Shown here one piece after another: positions 1-12,280 of a stretch of 64,000 nt of DNA. Made by a program: the position numbers and the translations under genes. How positions within the stretch are numbered: position 1 is the first letter of the stretch; every line of letters starts with the position of its first letter. The notes beneath the pieces are model-generated. The model ran no database searches and had not been told where the DNA came from. It was given only the letters and a program-made list of their open reading frames with translations. Source of the stretch: Octopus sinensis (taxonomy: Eukaryota); the NCBI RefSeq assembly GCF_006345805.1, contig NC_043023.1:2666001-2730000 (forward strand). Reading direction: 5' to 3'.

Positions 1-127
1 TGATGTGATTGTTCGTTACTGGAATGGCATTCTAGGGTCAGCATGAGAGGCCAGTTCTGGCTGGTTTTGTACGTATAGCAGAATATTTGGGCCAGGTACG
101 ACATTCACGTTACTCCATCAGATGTTT

Positions 128-220
128 CCCAACCACATGGTTCCGGGTTCAGTCCCACTGTTTTGCACCTTGGGCAAGTGTTTTCTACTATAACCTCAGG
201 CTGACCAAAGCCTTGTGATG
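128..220 (+). mobile_element. CORE-type tRNA-derived SINE (dominant family), 5' fragment
   Basis: aaccacatggttccgggttcagtcccactg...cttgggcaagtg matches the other copies in the window. Confidence 0.8.
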
Positions 221-290
221 GAGATAGACATGTGTGTGTGTGAATATATGTAAATATATAGAACTAAATGAATTTGATATAGACATGTAG

Positions 291-342
<52 letters not shown>

Positions 343-343
<1 letters not shown>

Positions 344-1413
344 CATCATCATCATCATCATCGTTTAACGTCCGTTTACTGCACCAGCATGGGTTGGACG
401 GTTCGACCGGGGTCTGGGAAACCAGGGCCTGCACCAGGCTCCAGTCTGATCTGGCCGTGTTTCTACAGCTGGATGCCCTTCCTAACACCAACCATTCCGC
501 AAGTGTAGTGGGTGCTTTTTACGTGCCACCTGCACAGTTGCCAGGGGAGTCTGGCATTGGCCACGATCGGTTGGTGCTTTTAACGTGTCACTGGCACGGA
601 AGCCAGGCGAGGTACTTTGAATGGGCAGGGGCTATGCGGAACTTGTGCAGGAAGCAGCCCGGGTCTTTGCAATCACAGCATATCTCCAGAGATCTCGGTC
701 CTTCGCCATTGCCTCAGTGAGGCCCAACGCTTTGATGTCATGCTTGACTACCTCATCCCATGTCTTCCTGGGTCTAACTCTCCCCCTGATACCTTCAACT
801 GTTTGGGAGTAGCACTTCACACATCTCTCCTCATCCATCCACAGTACATGACCATACCATCGCAAGCGTCGCTCTTGCACACCACATCTGATGCTTCTTA
901 TGTCCAGCATTTCTCTCAGGGTGCTTACCCTCTGTCGTGCGTGCACACTGACATTACACATCCAGCGGATCATGCTAGCTTCATTTCTTTCAAGTCTACT
1001 CATGTCCTCTGCAGTCACAGCCCATGTTTCACTACCGTGAAGCATGGCAGTTCGCACACATGCATCATACAATCTACCTTTCACTCTGAGTGAGAGACCC
1101 TTTGTCGCCAGTAGGGGTAGGAGCTTTCTAAACTTTGCCCAGGCTATTTGTATTCTAGTGGTGATACTCTCTGAGCATCCACCTCCACTCCTAACTTGGT
1201 CACCTAGGTAGCGGAAACTATCAACTACTTCTAGTTTCTCCCTCAGGAGTGTAATGGAATCTGTTTTCTGAGTATCTGTGGTGTCTATTGTCCCTGTGCA
1301 TCTGCCACACAGGAAAGCTATCCTATCAGTTAATTTACCTTTGATGTTGCTGCACCTCTTATGTGTCCATAGCTTACACTGGGTGCATCTTATGGAGTTT
1401 CTACCTACACCTT
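343..1413 (-). mobile_element. 5'-truncated RTE-clade LINE: RT C-terminus, 3' UTR and (GAT)n tail
   Basis: Minus strand reads KGVGRNSIRCTQCKLWTHKRC...EKLEVVDSFRYLG... then ORF 632..1084 (KGRLYDACVRTAMLHGSETW...RRLRWYGHV...GRVRPRKTW...DRDLWR); (CAT)n on plus at about 343-362. Confidence 0.9.
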
Positions 1414-1496
1414 ATATATGTATATATATATATAAGTATATACAGATTTATGTATCTATATAAGTATATACATATATGTAGATATATATATATATA

Positions 1497-2778
1497 CAGG
1501 GGTTGGACAAAATAATGGAAACACCTTAAAATTCCAAACAAATTTATTTTAATATTGAGTAGGACCACCTTTAGTAATAATTACAGCTTGAATTATATGA
1601 GGTATGGACATGTACAAAGTCTTAATGGTTTCCAAAGGAATTTTTGTCCATTCTTCAGCTAAAACAGTCTCCAGTTCTTGTAGTGATGATGGTGGAGTAT
1701 ATCGACTCCTTAATTGTTTTTCTAAAATGCACCATAAATGTTCAATAATATTGAGATCTGGGGACTGTGGTGGCCAGATAAGATGTTCAGCTTCACTAGA
1801 ATGTTCCTCGTGCCATTCAGTAACAACTTTAGCCGTGTGAATTCGTGCATTATCATAATGAAAGATTGCGTTTCCCTCTGGAAATAGTTCTGCAACCATA
1901 GGATGAATTTGATCAGATAAAATCCTCAAATAGTCTTGACTATTAATTCTGCCATGAAATGAAGCCAGTGGGCCAGCGGATTTCCAAGATATAACCCCCT
2001 CCCCCACCAGATCATTATAGATTGTCCTCCATGTTTAACAATTGGAAGAAGGTGGTCTGGGTCAAATGCTTCTTTTGGCTGTTTCCACACGTATACTCGG
2101 CCAGTGGGCGGAAATAATGTAAAAGATGACTCGTCTGAGAAAATAGCATTCTTCCACTGCTCTAGGGACCAATTCTGTAGGTTTTTACTCCACTCTAAAT
2201 GCTTTGAAATGTTTGTTTTTGAAAGTAGAGGTTTTCTGATTGCAGCCCTCCCGTGAAATCTGGTTTTGTGCAGCTCCCAGTGAACAGTTTTTGTGGAAAC
2301 TGGGTTCTCCAGGTGGTCATTAAGCTCTGCAGTAATTTTGGGAGCTGTACTTTTGTGATCCTTTTTAATAATTCGCTTAAGAGTCCGACGGTCCCTATCT
2401 GAAAGTTTTGGTTTTCTTCCGGAGTTTTGTTTCGATGAGGAGGTTTTTCCCTCTTTCTCAAAGGCTGTCATTACTTTCAAGAGAGTACTTCTTGATACAC
2501 CAAACATTTTGGCTGTTTTTGTTATGCTAGCGCCTGCAATACAAGCACCAACAATTTGACCTCTTTGAAAGTCCGATAGATCTGTCATTTTAATTAATTT
2601 TAATGACCTTTTTCTGATGATATCTGAAAAGAAAGAGCAATTTTAGCAAAACATATTAATCAACACTAGTAATAAATAAAAAAAACATAAAAATAAACCA
2701 ACTTTTGACAGTTTTATAGATATTTCAAAATTATGATGCTATGATGCTAGGTGTTTCCATTATTTTGTCCAACCCCTG
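1497..2778 (-). mobile_element. Tc1/mariner DNA transposon, DD36E (Incomer-like), 1282 bp
   Basis: Perfect 30-bp TIRs caggggttggacaaaataatggaaacacct (1497-1526 and 2749-2778), TA on both sides, transposase inside. Confidence 0.95.
1549..2588 (-). pseudogene. Tc1-family transposase with one frameshift (about 343 aa reconstructed)
   Basis: ORF 1926..2588 (HTH, GRKP, FSDESSF) and ORF 1549..2007 (DNARIH...WPPQSPDLNIIE) join at a G-rich insertion near 1994-2007; 36 residues between second D and E. Confidence 0.92.
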
Positions 2779-2935
2779 TATATGCCTAAATGCAAATGTA
2801 TGTATATTTCTAAAAAAATATATATATGAATACACCCACACATAAATATACATTCATGTATAATTATATTTGTATATGTATTTTGATAAGTCCATATATA
2901 TATGTGTATGTGTGTGTATATATATATATATAACG

Positions 2936-2984
<49 letters not shown>

Positions 2985-3253
2985 ATATATTTATATGTTT
3001 TGTACAAAGATATATATATGCGTGTATGCGTGTGTATATGAAATTGATAGATCAATATGGCTACATATTCTATTAGCCTTATTGCCCTGGGGTCATGGAA
3101 CGTAACTCTGCATGCATCACTCTGCAAGCCTATCAACAGGTCGCTCCCCTAATTCACAGTTCACTGGTTTGTATTACAATGTGTAGCAAGCTTATAAAAT
3201 GGCTTTAGGTGACACCTTTCCATCTGATTTGTACATACACATTTATGTGTGTG

Positions 3254-3304
<51 letters not shown>

Positions 3305-3616
3305 ATGTATGTATATGTATGTATGTATGCATGTATGTATATATATATATATGTATGCATGTATGTATATATATATATGTATGTATGTATATGTATATAT
3401 ATATATATATCTGTGTGTTCTGCACAAAGATGTATATATGTGTGTGCATGCGTATGTATATGAAATTGATAGATCAATATGTCTATTCAGGTGACACAAT
3501 TCCATCTGATGTATACATATACATTTATGTATGTATGTATATGTATTGTTGATTCGCTAGCTTCTGCATGCATTTTTTTCTTCTCTTTGTTTCTCTCCGT
3601 GTTTCTTTTCTGTGTA

Positions 3617-3654
3617 TCTTTCTGTTGAAGAGCATAGGCTCGAAACGTTAAGGA
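3617..3654 (+). ncRNA. Minimal type I hammerhead-like motif (variant core) in a PLE-like 3' end (about 3545-3752)
   Basis: TCTTT CTGTTGA A GAGC atag GCTC GAAAC GTT AAGGA: 5-bp stem I, 4-bp stem II, palindromic ACGT stem III; core has A6U. Confidence 0.5.
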
Positions 3655-3753
3655 CTTGTTTTATTTATATTCCTGAGCGCCATACTAATACATTTGTTTG
3701 TTTGTACTCCACCTGCCTTCGTCTTTTGTTTATTTTCATAAAGCTTCCCGTTA

Positions 3754-3785
<32 letters not shown>

Positions 3786-3920
3786 CTTTCTCCTCTCTCT
3801 CTATCTTTCTCTATATGTGTGTGTGTGTGTGTGTGTATTGAAAAGGTTGCAAGATGCAATGAAAATTTTATAAAAAATATATAAGTAGCTGGGTGGAGAT
3901 TGAACCGGTGAGTGTGTTAA

Positions 3921-4133
3921 CCCCTTCATTACCGTATTTATTTTCAGATGCTCTGTGTTTCTTTCAATTACTTTAAATATAACAAAGAATTTAGTAAAAT
4001 AACTTAGTTACCATTAAGCTAGTGTTAGGAACATAAATCGTGACTAAGGTTTGGTGGAAGATTTTAATTCAAAACTTAAGAAAACAAGACGTGTACAACA
4101 GAGCCGGTTTCAGCCGGGTAGGTAAGGAAAGGG
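3921..4133. mobile_element. piggyBac-like MITE
   Basis: TTAA|CCCcttcattacc ... ggtaaggaaaGGG|TTAA; TTAA at 3917-3920 and 4134-4137. Confidence 0.75.
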
Positions 4134-4137
4134 TTAA

Positions 4138-4573
4138 GGCTTGGTGGAAGATTTTAATTTAAAACTTATGGAAACAAGACATTTATACTACAGAGCCAGA
4201 GCCGGTTTCAGCTAGGTTGGTATCAAAAGGGTTAAATATAATAAAGGATTTAGTAAAATAACTTAGTTATCATTAAGCTAGTGTTAAAAACATAAATTGT
4301 GACTAAGGTTTGGTGGAAGATTTTAATTCAAAACTTAGGAAAACAAGACATTTATACTACAGAGCCAGAGCCGGTTTCAGCCAGGTTGGTGTCAAAAGGG
4401 TTAAATATAATAAAGGATTTAGTAAAATAACTTAGTTATCATTAAGCTAGTGTTAAAAACATAAATTGTGACTAAGGTTTGGTGGAAGATTTTAATTTAG
4501 AACTTATGAAAACAAGACATTTGTATTACAGAGCCAGAGCCAGTTTCAGCCGGGTTGGTATCAAAAGGGTTAA
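4138..4573. repeat. Tandem copies of the MITE right half (98, 169, 169 bp)
   Basis: GGGTTAA ends recur at 4235, 4404, 4573. Confidence 0.85.
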
Positions 4574-4677
4574 ATAATAAGGCACTAAAAGAGAATGACT
4601 CTCCCCAGACACAACAAAATATGCTTCAACACACAAACACACATAAAGAATCTTGCAAACCAAATACAAGAACGAAG

Positions 4678-4712
<35 letters not shown>

Positions 4713-4901
4713 GTATGTATGTATGTTTGTATGTATGTATGTATGTACATGGAGCAAATAATTCACGAAAAATAATTTGCAAAGATATCATTGAATCTGT
4801 TATTATCTAATGTAACAATTTAAAAATAATAATAAAATTAATAATATAGGCAAATGCAGACCCCCAAAAAGCATTAAATAGCTAAAGGATTAGAATTAAT
4901 C

Positions 4902-5288
4902 AAAGGACATACTGAGTATGTGTACCTGCTGGAAATAACAGTCTAGACTCTTATTTAAATCGCCAAAATACACTGATTATAACTATAGAAATCGACCATC
5001 CGAAAGCAAACATGCTAAGACAATATCTCAGCATATACTTAAGTATTTGGACTCACGTGGACAGGTTTCTGGACTGGTATAATAGCGTGCTGAAGAAGGT
5101 GAGGCTATTATACGACTCTAGAAACCAGTCTGTGTGAGTTCAAATACTTGAATGTATGTGGAGAGATTGTCTTGGCCTGTTTCCTTTCGGATGGTTGATT
5201 TCTATAGTTATTATGATTTTATTTTGGCAATTTAAATAAGAGTTTTGACTGTTATTTCCAGGAGGTACGCATACTCAGAATGTCCTTT
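4902..5288. repeat. Old, diverged fold-back palindrome with a decayed HHR at its axis
   Basis: aaaggacat...aatagc / gctatta...atgtccttt arms with many mismatches; CTGAAGA at 5090-5096, GAAAC at 5121. Confidence 0.7.
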
Positions 5289-5290
5289 AG

Positions 5291-5664
5291 GTGGCTGTGT
5301 GGCAAGTAGCTTGCTTACCTACCACATAGTTCTGGGTTCAGTCCCACTGCATGGCACCTTGGGCAAGTGTCTTCTACTACAGCCTTGTGAGTGGATTTGG
5401 TAGACAGAAACTGAAAGAAGCCTGTCGTATATATGTATATATATATATATATATGCGTGTGTGTATGTTTGTCCCCCCAACATCACTTGACAACCGAGGC
5501 TGGTATGTTTACGTCCCCATAACTTAGTGGTTCGGCAAAAGAGACCGAAAGAATAAGAACTAGGCTTACAAAGAATAAGTCCTTGGGGTCAATTTGCTTG
5601 ACTAAAGGCAGTGCTCCAGTATGGCCACAGTCAAATGACTGAAACAAGTAAATGAGTAAAAGAG
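5291..5664 (+). mobile_element. CORE-type SINE, near full length
   Basis: gtggctgtgtgg head, cttgggcaagtg core, internal TA/TG tract, cagtcaaatgactg hairpin, gtaaaaga tail. Confidence 0.9.
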
Positions 5665-5691
5665 TATATATATATATATATACACACCAAA

Positions 5692-5930
5692 TATATACGT
5701 TTTATTTATTATTTTGCACATTACTTAATCATTGTTATATGTTTTATCTTATATCTAATCTTTCTATAAGATGTAATTTTTCTAAATGATAGAATTTAAT
5801 TTTTCATTATTGAATTGATAAAAGGTGGTTTTATTCTAATTTATATATATATATATTATATTTTGTGAAATTTGATTTAGTATTTCTAAATTGAATTTTT
5901 CCCTGTAAGTTTGGAATAATATTCCCTCAT
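5692..5930 (+). mobile_element. AT-rich PLE-like 3' end fragment (family also at 30838-31910)
   Basis: Homologous to 30838-31075 (minus) and 31748-31910; flanked by TA and TTA tracts. Confidence 0.5.
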
Positions 5931-5959
5931 GTTATTATTATTATTTTTATTATTATCAT

Positions 5960-5995
<36 letters not shown>

Positions 5996-6116
5996 GCGAG
6001 AAAGAAGCAACAAGAATAGATAGGTTTTTAGTACAATCGTTTCATACAAGGACGGGCTTTATTAAATGTTGCAAAAATTACAGCATATAAACGTGTCCCT
6101 GAATCTTTATTGCTTT

Positions 6117-6172
<56 letters not shown>

Positions 6173-6441
6173 ATATGTATACCAAGACATATAAGTATAT
6201 ACACACATTTACACGAATTGTTTGCAGTATACATCTTGTGTATTTGTTTCTGTGCCTGTATGTACACAGCTGGGTTTTGATGTAGATATCTTTGCCTGAA
6301 TGTATTCTATGATATATGCTAACGGGGTGTGTGTATAAACAAGAATGCATACTAACACATATATCTGTGTTTGTATATATTTATTTTAAATATATGTTAT
6401 ACATTTTCATGCTCTTTGTAAATATATTTGTCTATATATAC

Positions 6442-6521
<80 letters not shown>

Positions 6522-6578
6522 ATATATTTGTTTGTATGGATGAGCTTGTTTTCTGAATATATTTTGTTATCTGTATTT

Positions 6579-6618
<40 letters not shown>

Positions 6619-7004
6619 TATACATATATATATGCATATATGTGTGTGTGTCTGTGTGTCACACTTAATCAAGCTTATCTGCATCACTATCTATTTTATG
6701 CATGTGTGTGTGTATTCCCTTATATATATACTGATACATACACACTCACACACACACACACACATACACACACACACAGACACACACACACACAATCCTG
6801 CTGAACACTTGACAGTTTTCTTGGGATAAAGGGAATGGAAAAAAAGGCGAAAATTCTCCATCTTTCCAACCATTTTTATGTAAATATGTGGAATATAGTT
6901 TTATTGTAACTTGTATCTTCCTAACAATGGTTGGAACATTTTGCAATATTCTGGAAATATTGTCAGAGAATTTTATGGACGCAGTTAAATATTGTCAACA
7001 TGTA

Positions 7005-7073
7005 TTATCTATCTATCTACCTTTCTATCTCTCTGTATATCTATCTATCTATCTATCTATCTATCTAAATATC

Positions 7074-7149
<76 letters not shown>

Positions 7150-7184
7150 GTCTGTCTATCTATCTATCTATCTATCTAAATATC

Positions 7185-7233
<49 letters not shown>

Positions 7234-7246
7234 CTATCTATCTAAA

Positions 7247-7292
<46 letters not shown>

Positions 7293-7298
7293 AATATC

Positions 7299-7359
<61 letters not shown>

Positions 7360-7365
7360 AATATC

Positions 7366-7418
<53 letters not shown>

Positions 7419-7461
7419 AATATCATCTATCTATCTATCTATCTCAATCTATCTATCTATC

Positions 7462-7497
<36 letters not shown>

Positions 7498-7544
7498 AAT
7501 ATCATCTATCTATCTATCTATCTATCTCAATCTATCTATCTATC

Positions 7545-7600
<56 letters not shown>

Positions 7601-7606
7601 AATATC

Positions 7607-7650
<44 letters not shown>
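7005..7650. repeat. (TATC)n microsatellite with recurring aaatatcatc variant
   Basis: Direct inspection. Confidence 0.95.
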
Positions 7651-7652
<2 letters not shown>

Positions 7653-7666
7653 ATATATATATATAT

Positions 7667-7984
7667 ACTCTTTTACTTGTTTCAGTCATTTGACTGCGGC
7701 CATGCTGGAGCACCTCCTTTCGTCGAGCAAATCGACCCTGGGATTTATTCTTTGTAAGCCCAGTATTTATTCTATTGGTCTCTTTTGCCGAACCGCTAAG
7801 TGATGGGGACATAAACACTCCAGTATCGGTTGTCAAGCAATGCTAGGGGGACAAACACACACATGCATATATATATATATATATATATACTTATATACGA
7901 CAGGCTTCTTTCAGTTTCCGTCTACCAAATCCACTCACAAGGCATTGGTCGGCCCGGGGCTATAACAGAAGACACTTGCCCAAG

Positions 7985-7990
<6 letters not shown>
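7667..7990 (-). mobile_element. CORE-type SINE, 5'-truncated
   Basis: Reverse complement of the dominant SINE family. Confidence 0.9.
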
Positions 7991-8027
<37 letters not shown>

Positions 8028-8144
8028 TATATATATAGAAATTCGGGGTGAGTACTTGATAATTATAAGCACCTGTGTATACCGTTTGGTGGTGTAGGTG
8101 GTGGAGTAAATTGATCAAAATAAAAACATGATGCCAAGGATTCA

Positions 8145-8222
8145 GCGGTACATATGTTTCGGGCCTTTATTAGACAGATTTATAACAATGCATAATGTAT
8201 GTCTGTGGCCTTCTTCAGCCGC
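8145..8222 (-). ncRNA. Type I hammerhead ribozyme (left arm)
   Basis: Mirror of 8573-8650. Confidence 0.8.
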
Positions 8223-8572
8223 GCACAACAGCTTCCACAAGGATATGTGTTACATCAAAAATTCTTGGTTGGGGATGCAAATCCGCTCATTCGCGTACGA
8301 CATAATGCGGCAACAGCATAGAATTGAAGTAATGTAAATAAATAAATACATATGTAGACGTGAAGATGGAGGGGCGAGAATTCAGTGAATTGAAGCGTCC
8401 ATCTCTTTCTTCAATTCTCGCCCCTCCATCTTCACGTCTACATATGTATTTATTTATTTACATTACTTCAATTCTATGCTGTTGCCGCATTATGTCGTAC
8501 GCGAATGAGCGGATTTGCATCCCCAACCAAGAATTTTTGATGTAACACATATCCTTGTGGAAGCTGTTGTGC

Positions 8573-8650
8573 GCGGCTGAAGAAGGCCACAGACATACAT
8601 TATGCATTGTTATAAATCTGTCTAATAAAGGCCCGAAACATATGTACCGC
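8573..8650 (+). ncRNA. Type I hammerhead ribozyme (right arm)
   Basis: GCGG CTGAAGA A GGCC...GGCC C GAAAC ATAT GTA CCGC; palindromic stem III ACATATGT; GUA site after 8646. Confidence 0.8.
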
Positions 8651-8749
8651 TGAATCCTTGGCATCATGTTTTTATTTTGATCAATTATATATATATATAT
8701 ATATACACACACACATGTATATGCATATTTATATATATATATACTCTCT

Positions 8750-8936
8750 CTCTTTTACTCTTTTACTTGTTTCAGTCATTTAACTTTGGCCATGCTGGAG
8801 CACCTCCTTTCATCGAGCAAATCGGCCCCAGGACTTATTCTTTGTAAGCCTAGTACTTTTTCTATCGGTCTCTTTTGCCGAACTGCTAAGTTACAGGGAC
8901 GTACACATACCAGCATCGGTTGTCAAGTGATGTTGG
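8750..8936 (-). mobile_element. CORE-type SINE 3' half
   Basis: Family match. Confidence 0.85.
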
Positions 8937-9559
8937 AGATATGCTGTGCTTGAGAAGACCTGACAAGCCAAGTGAGACCATGGCCCATGGCCTATACCAT
9001 TAGGTGTAAGCAGCCCACTTATGAGTACCCCTCATTCATTGGACAATAAACTTTGCGTACGAAGACCTATTGAGGCAAGTGAAATCAAATCAAAATCACT
9101 GACATGGCCAATGACAATACCGCCTGATTGGTACTCATGCCAGTGGAATGTTAAAAGCACATCCGATAGTTTAAACTGATAGTTTAAGAAATTGGAAATT
9201 TCTTGGTATTAATTAATCACCATTACACATGTTTCATTTTCTAATAGGAATTACAAAGTTTCACATTTTAGATAGACATGGAAGGAATTTCCTATCAGAA
9301 ATTCTTCTGTTATAGAATTTAAATAATGCAATAGTAAATGGTATTATTTAATCTACCCAGTCTACCCAGGGATTCCTATTGCACCCAAAACAATCTCTAG
9401 CAAAAATCTAGAACTGTAATATCCAATGTGTTCCTTATTTAACCATTTAGATGTCATTTGATGGAGATTTGGCTGCTAATTCTAGCAAGCTCAGCGACCA
9501 TGTAGGGACACCCACATTAGCTCGCTTCTGTTTTTTCTTATAATAATGATGATATTGAT

Positions 9560-10240
9560 GATGATGGGAAGTGGGGATCGTGCTGAGATCATTATGGTAG
9601 TGTTGATGACGATGACAGCGATGATGTTGATTGCGGTGGTGCTGTTGCTGATGAAATGGTGCTGGTGATGATGATGGTGGTAGTGGTGGTGGTGGTGGTG
9701 CTGGTGCTGGTGGTGTTCATGGTGATGGTGATAGTGATAATAATGGTGATGATGATGATGATGATGATGGTAGTGATGATGATGATGATGGTGGTGATGA
9801 TGATGATGATGGTAGTGATTATGATGATGATGGTATTGGTGGTGGTGTTGATGGTGATGATGATGATGGTGATGATGATGATGATAGTGGTGATGATGAT
9901 GATGGTCATGATGATGATGATGATGTTGGTGACGATGGTTTTGGTGGTGTTGATGGTGATGATGGTGATAATAATGGTGATGATGATGGTAGTGATGATG
10001 ATGATGATGGTGGTGGTGTTGGTGGTGATGATGATGATAGTGGTGATGATGATGATGGTAGTGATGATGATGGTGGTGGTGTTGGTGGTGATGATGATGA
10101 TAGTGGTGATGATGATGATGGTGGTGGTGGTGGCGGCTGTGGTGGTAGTGATGTTGCTGATGATGATGATCTTAATAATTATGATGATGATGATGAACGG
10201 ACGATGGTGATGATAATGATTATGATGACGATAATGATAA
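9560..10240. repeat. (GAT/GGT)n trinucleotide tract
   Basis: Direct inspection. Confidence 0.95.
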
Positions 10241-10472
10241 GGGGGAGGGGCTCATGAATGTGGAACCGCCATATAATATCTACCTCCCCCCCCTTATCAC
10301 TTGTTTACATCATAAAGACTGTTTATGCCATACTTGCTTATTACACATCATTTCCTCCGGCACATTCATCTTACCCCCCTTCACTCTCCCCCTCTCCTTC
10401 CCTGTCTCTCACTATATCTATATTCATCATCTTTCCCTCCCCTTATTCCCTCTTTCTTTTCCTGTGTGTAAA

Positions 10473-10514
<42 letters not shown>

Positions 10515-10592
10515 CATACACACACATATATATGCATATATATATATATATATGTATATATATACACACACACACACACACATATATATACA

Positions 10593-10636
<44 letters not shown>

Positions 10637-11018
10637 CACACACATATATATATACATATATTATATATATATATATATATATATAAAATGATATAAATAT
10701 ATGCATATATATATATATATATATATATATAAAGATATAAATAATATATAAACATATGCATATATACATACATATATGTACATACCTACATATATATGTA
10801 TATAAACATGCATATATGGGTACAGGACATAAAAAAAACGTTGAACACAATGAGAAACAAAAACATAAAAACAAAAACATGGAAACGAACTTTTTTACAA
10901 ACAACAAAAAAACAGAGCACAAGACAAGCAATACAAGGAATATTCCCCTTCTTCAGTTGTCCCTGTTTCGCCTACTCTGCGTTTTGAAGGTAAGGACATA
11001 TACATATCAATTTATATA

Positions 11019-11073
11019 TCCACTGACGAAGGCAAAGCATTTCTTATGCAAAGCCAGAAATCTGGGATCTGGA
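11019..11073 (+). ncRNA. Type I hammerhead ribozyme
   Basis: TCCA CTGACGA A GGC aaaGCATttcttATGCaaa GCC A GAAA TC TGG GA TC TGGA; 3-bp stem III; AUC site after 11069. Confidence 0.75.
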
Positions 11074-11207
11074 ATTATCCAGTAATTCTTTTGCTAGTTT
11101 ATTTTGTCTCTTCTCTCCTGGTGCTCTATGAACATTTAATGTGGTTTTAGAGTCAAGTTTTGACTGCTATTTCCAGCGTGGTGGTATCTCTTAGATACCC
11201 TAAATTA

Positions 11208-11247
<40 letters not shown>

Positions 11248-11285
11248 CACAAATACACACATGGAAACACATATATATATATATA

Positions 11286-11460
11286 TTTCTTTACTACCCA
11301 CACGGGGCTAAACACAGAAGGGACAAACAAGGACAGACAAAGGGATTTAGTCGATTTCATCGACCCCAGTGCATAACTGGTACTTAATTTATTGACCCTG
11401 AAAGGAACCTCGGCGGAATTTGCACTCAGAACGTTATGGCAGACGAAATACGGCTACGCA
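11286..11460 (-). mobile_element. Second SINE family (tcatcctttcggggtcgataa central domain), internally deleted
   Basis: Reverse complement of 13736-13963. Confidence 0.8.
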
Positions 11461-11482
11461 TTTATATATATATACATATATA

Positions 11483-11524
<42 letters not shown>

Positions 11525-11711
11525 TTACACACTCACATATAGATAGATATACACACATATCCAATTCTCTCTTTGGATATATAAACTGGTGTGTGTGTGT
11601 GGCCAAAACTTCAAAGTCACTGTCAACAGTGTTCTTGTATCATGGCATTGTTTGTTTTTGGTTTTGTCAACTACACAGTATAGTAGGGTCAGTTGGGCAC
11701 TGTCTGTGAGA

Positions 11712-12280
11712 AAACCAGCACCATGAAGCAATTCACTCCGCCAGAAATTTGGAAGCGATATGCTGTACTGTTTGGTATTTGAACTAGACGCTCTAATACG
11801 AACATTTGAGAGTTTGAGCGTCAATCTGGGGACAATGCAATGGATTTGAAAAGAGTTGGATGAGTTTAATGGGGATTACGAAGGTAGAGCAGCTCGGTGA
11901 ACTCCCTCTGATAGGAAGAGAACTCCTAAATTTGTTGGTGAGATCCAACCATGGTTGACTATTATCCCTCCAAGTCAATCAGGTCTGTCGCTAAGGACAT
12001 GAGTGTTTCTGAGTTTCTTATCAGGCAGATAGCACTGCCGTGGGTCAAGAGGGTAGCTGCTGGAAGACCCTATGTTTGGCAACAGGGCTCTGCACCATGC
12101 CACACAAGCAGGAGAACCCAGTCATGGCAGTCAGACAATTTCTGTGGCCACCTAACTCCCCAGACTGCAACCCCCTTGATTATTATTTGAGGGGTGCAGT
12201 TAAGGGTGAGACCAACAAAACTCCTTGTAACATCAAAGCTGAACTGAAGGCAAGGATTATGGCAGCATTCACTAATTATG
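11712..12280 (+). pseudogene. Deleted Tc1/mariner transposase remnant, DD37D (maT)-like
   Basis: PSKSIRSVAKDMSVS helix, YVWQQ(G)SAPCHT and WPPNSPDCNPLDY motifs across frames; middle deleted. Confidence 0.7.

Larger units (their letters stand above)
8109..8686. repeat. Perfect inverted repeat, 274-bp arms (8109-8382 / 8413-8686), 30-nt spacer; PLE pseudo-LTR-like
   Basis: Arms are exact reverse complements as far as I can read; left arm extends about 75 nt further (8033-8108); (TA)n on both flanks. Confidence 0.93.
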
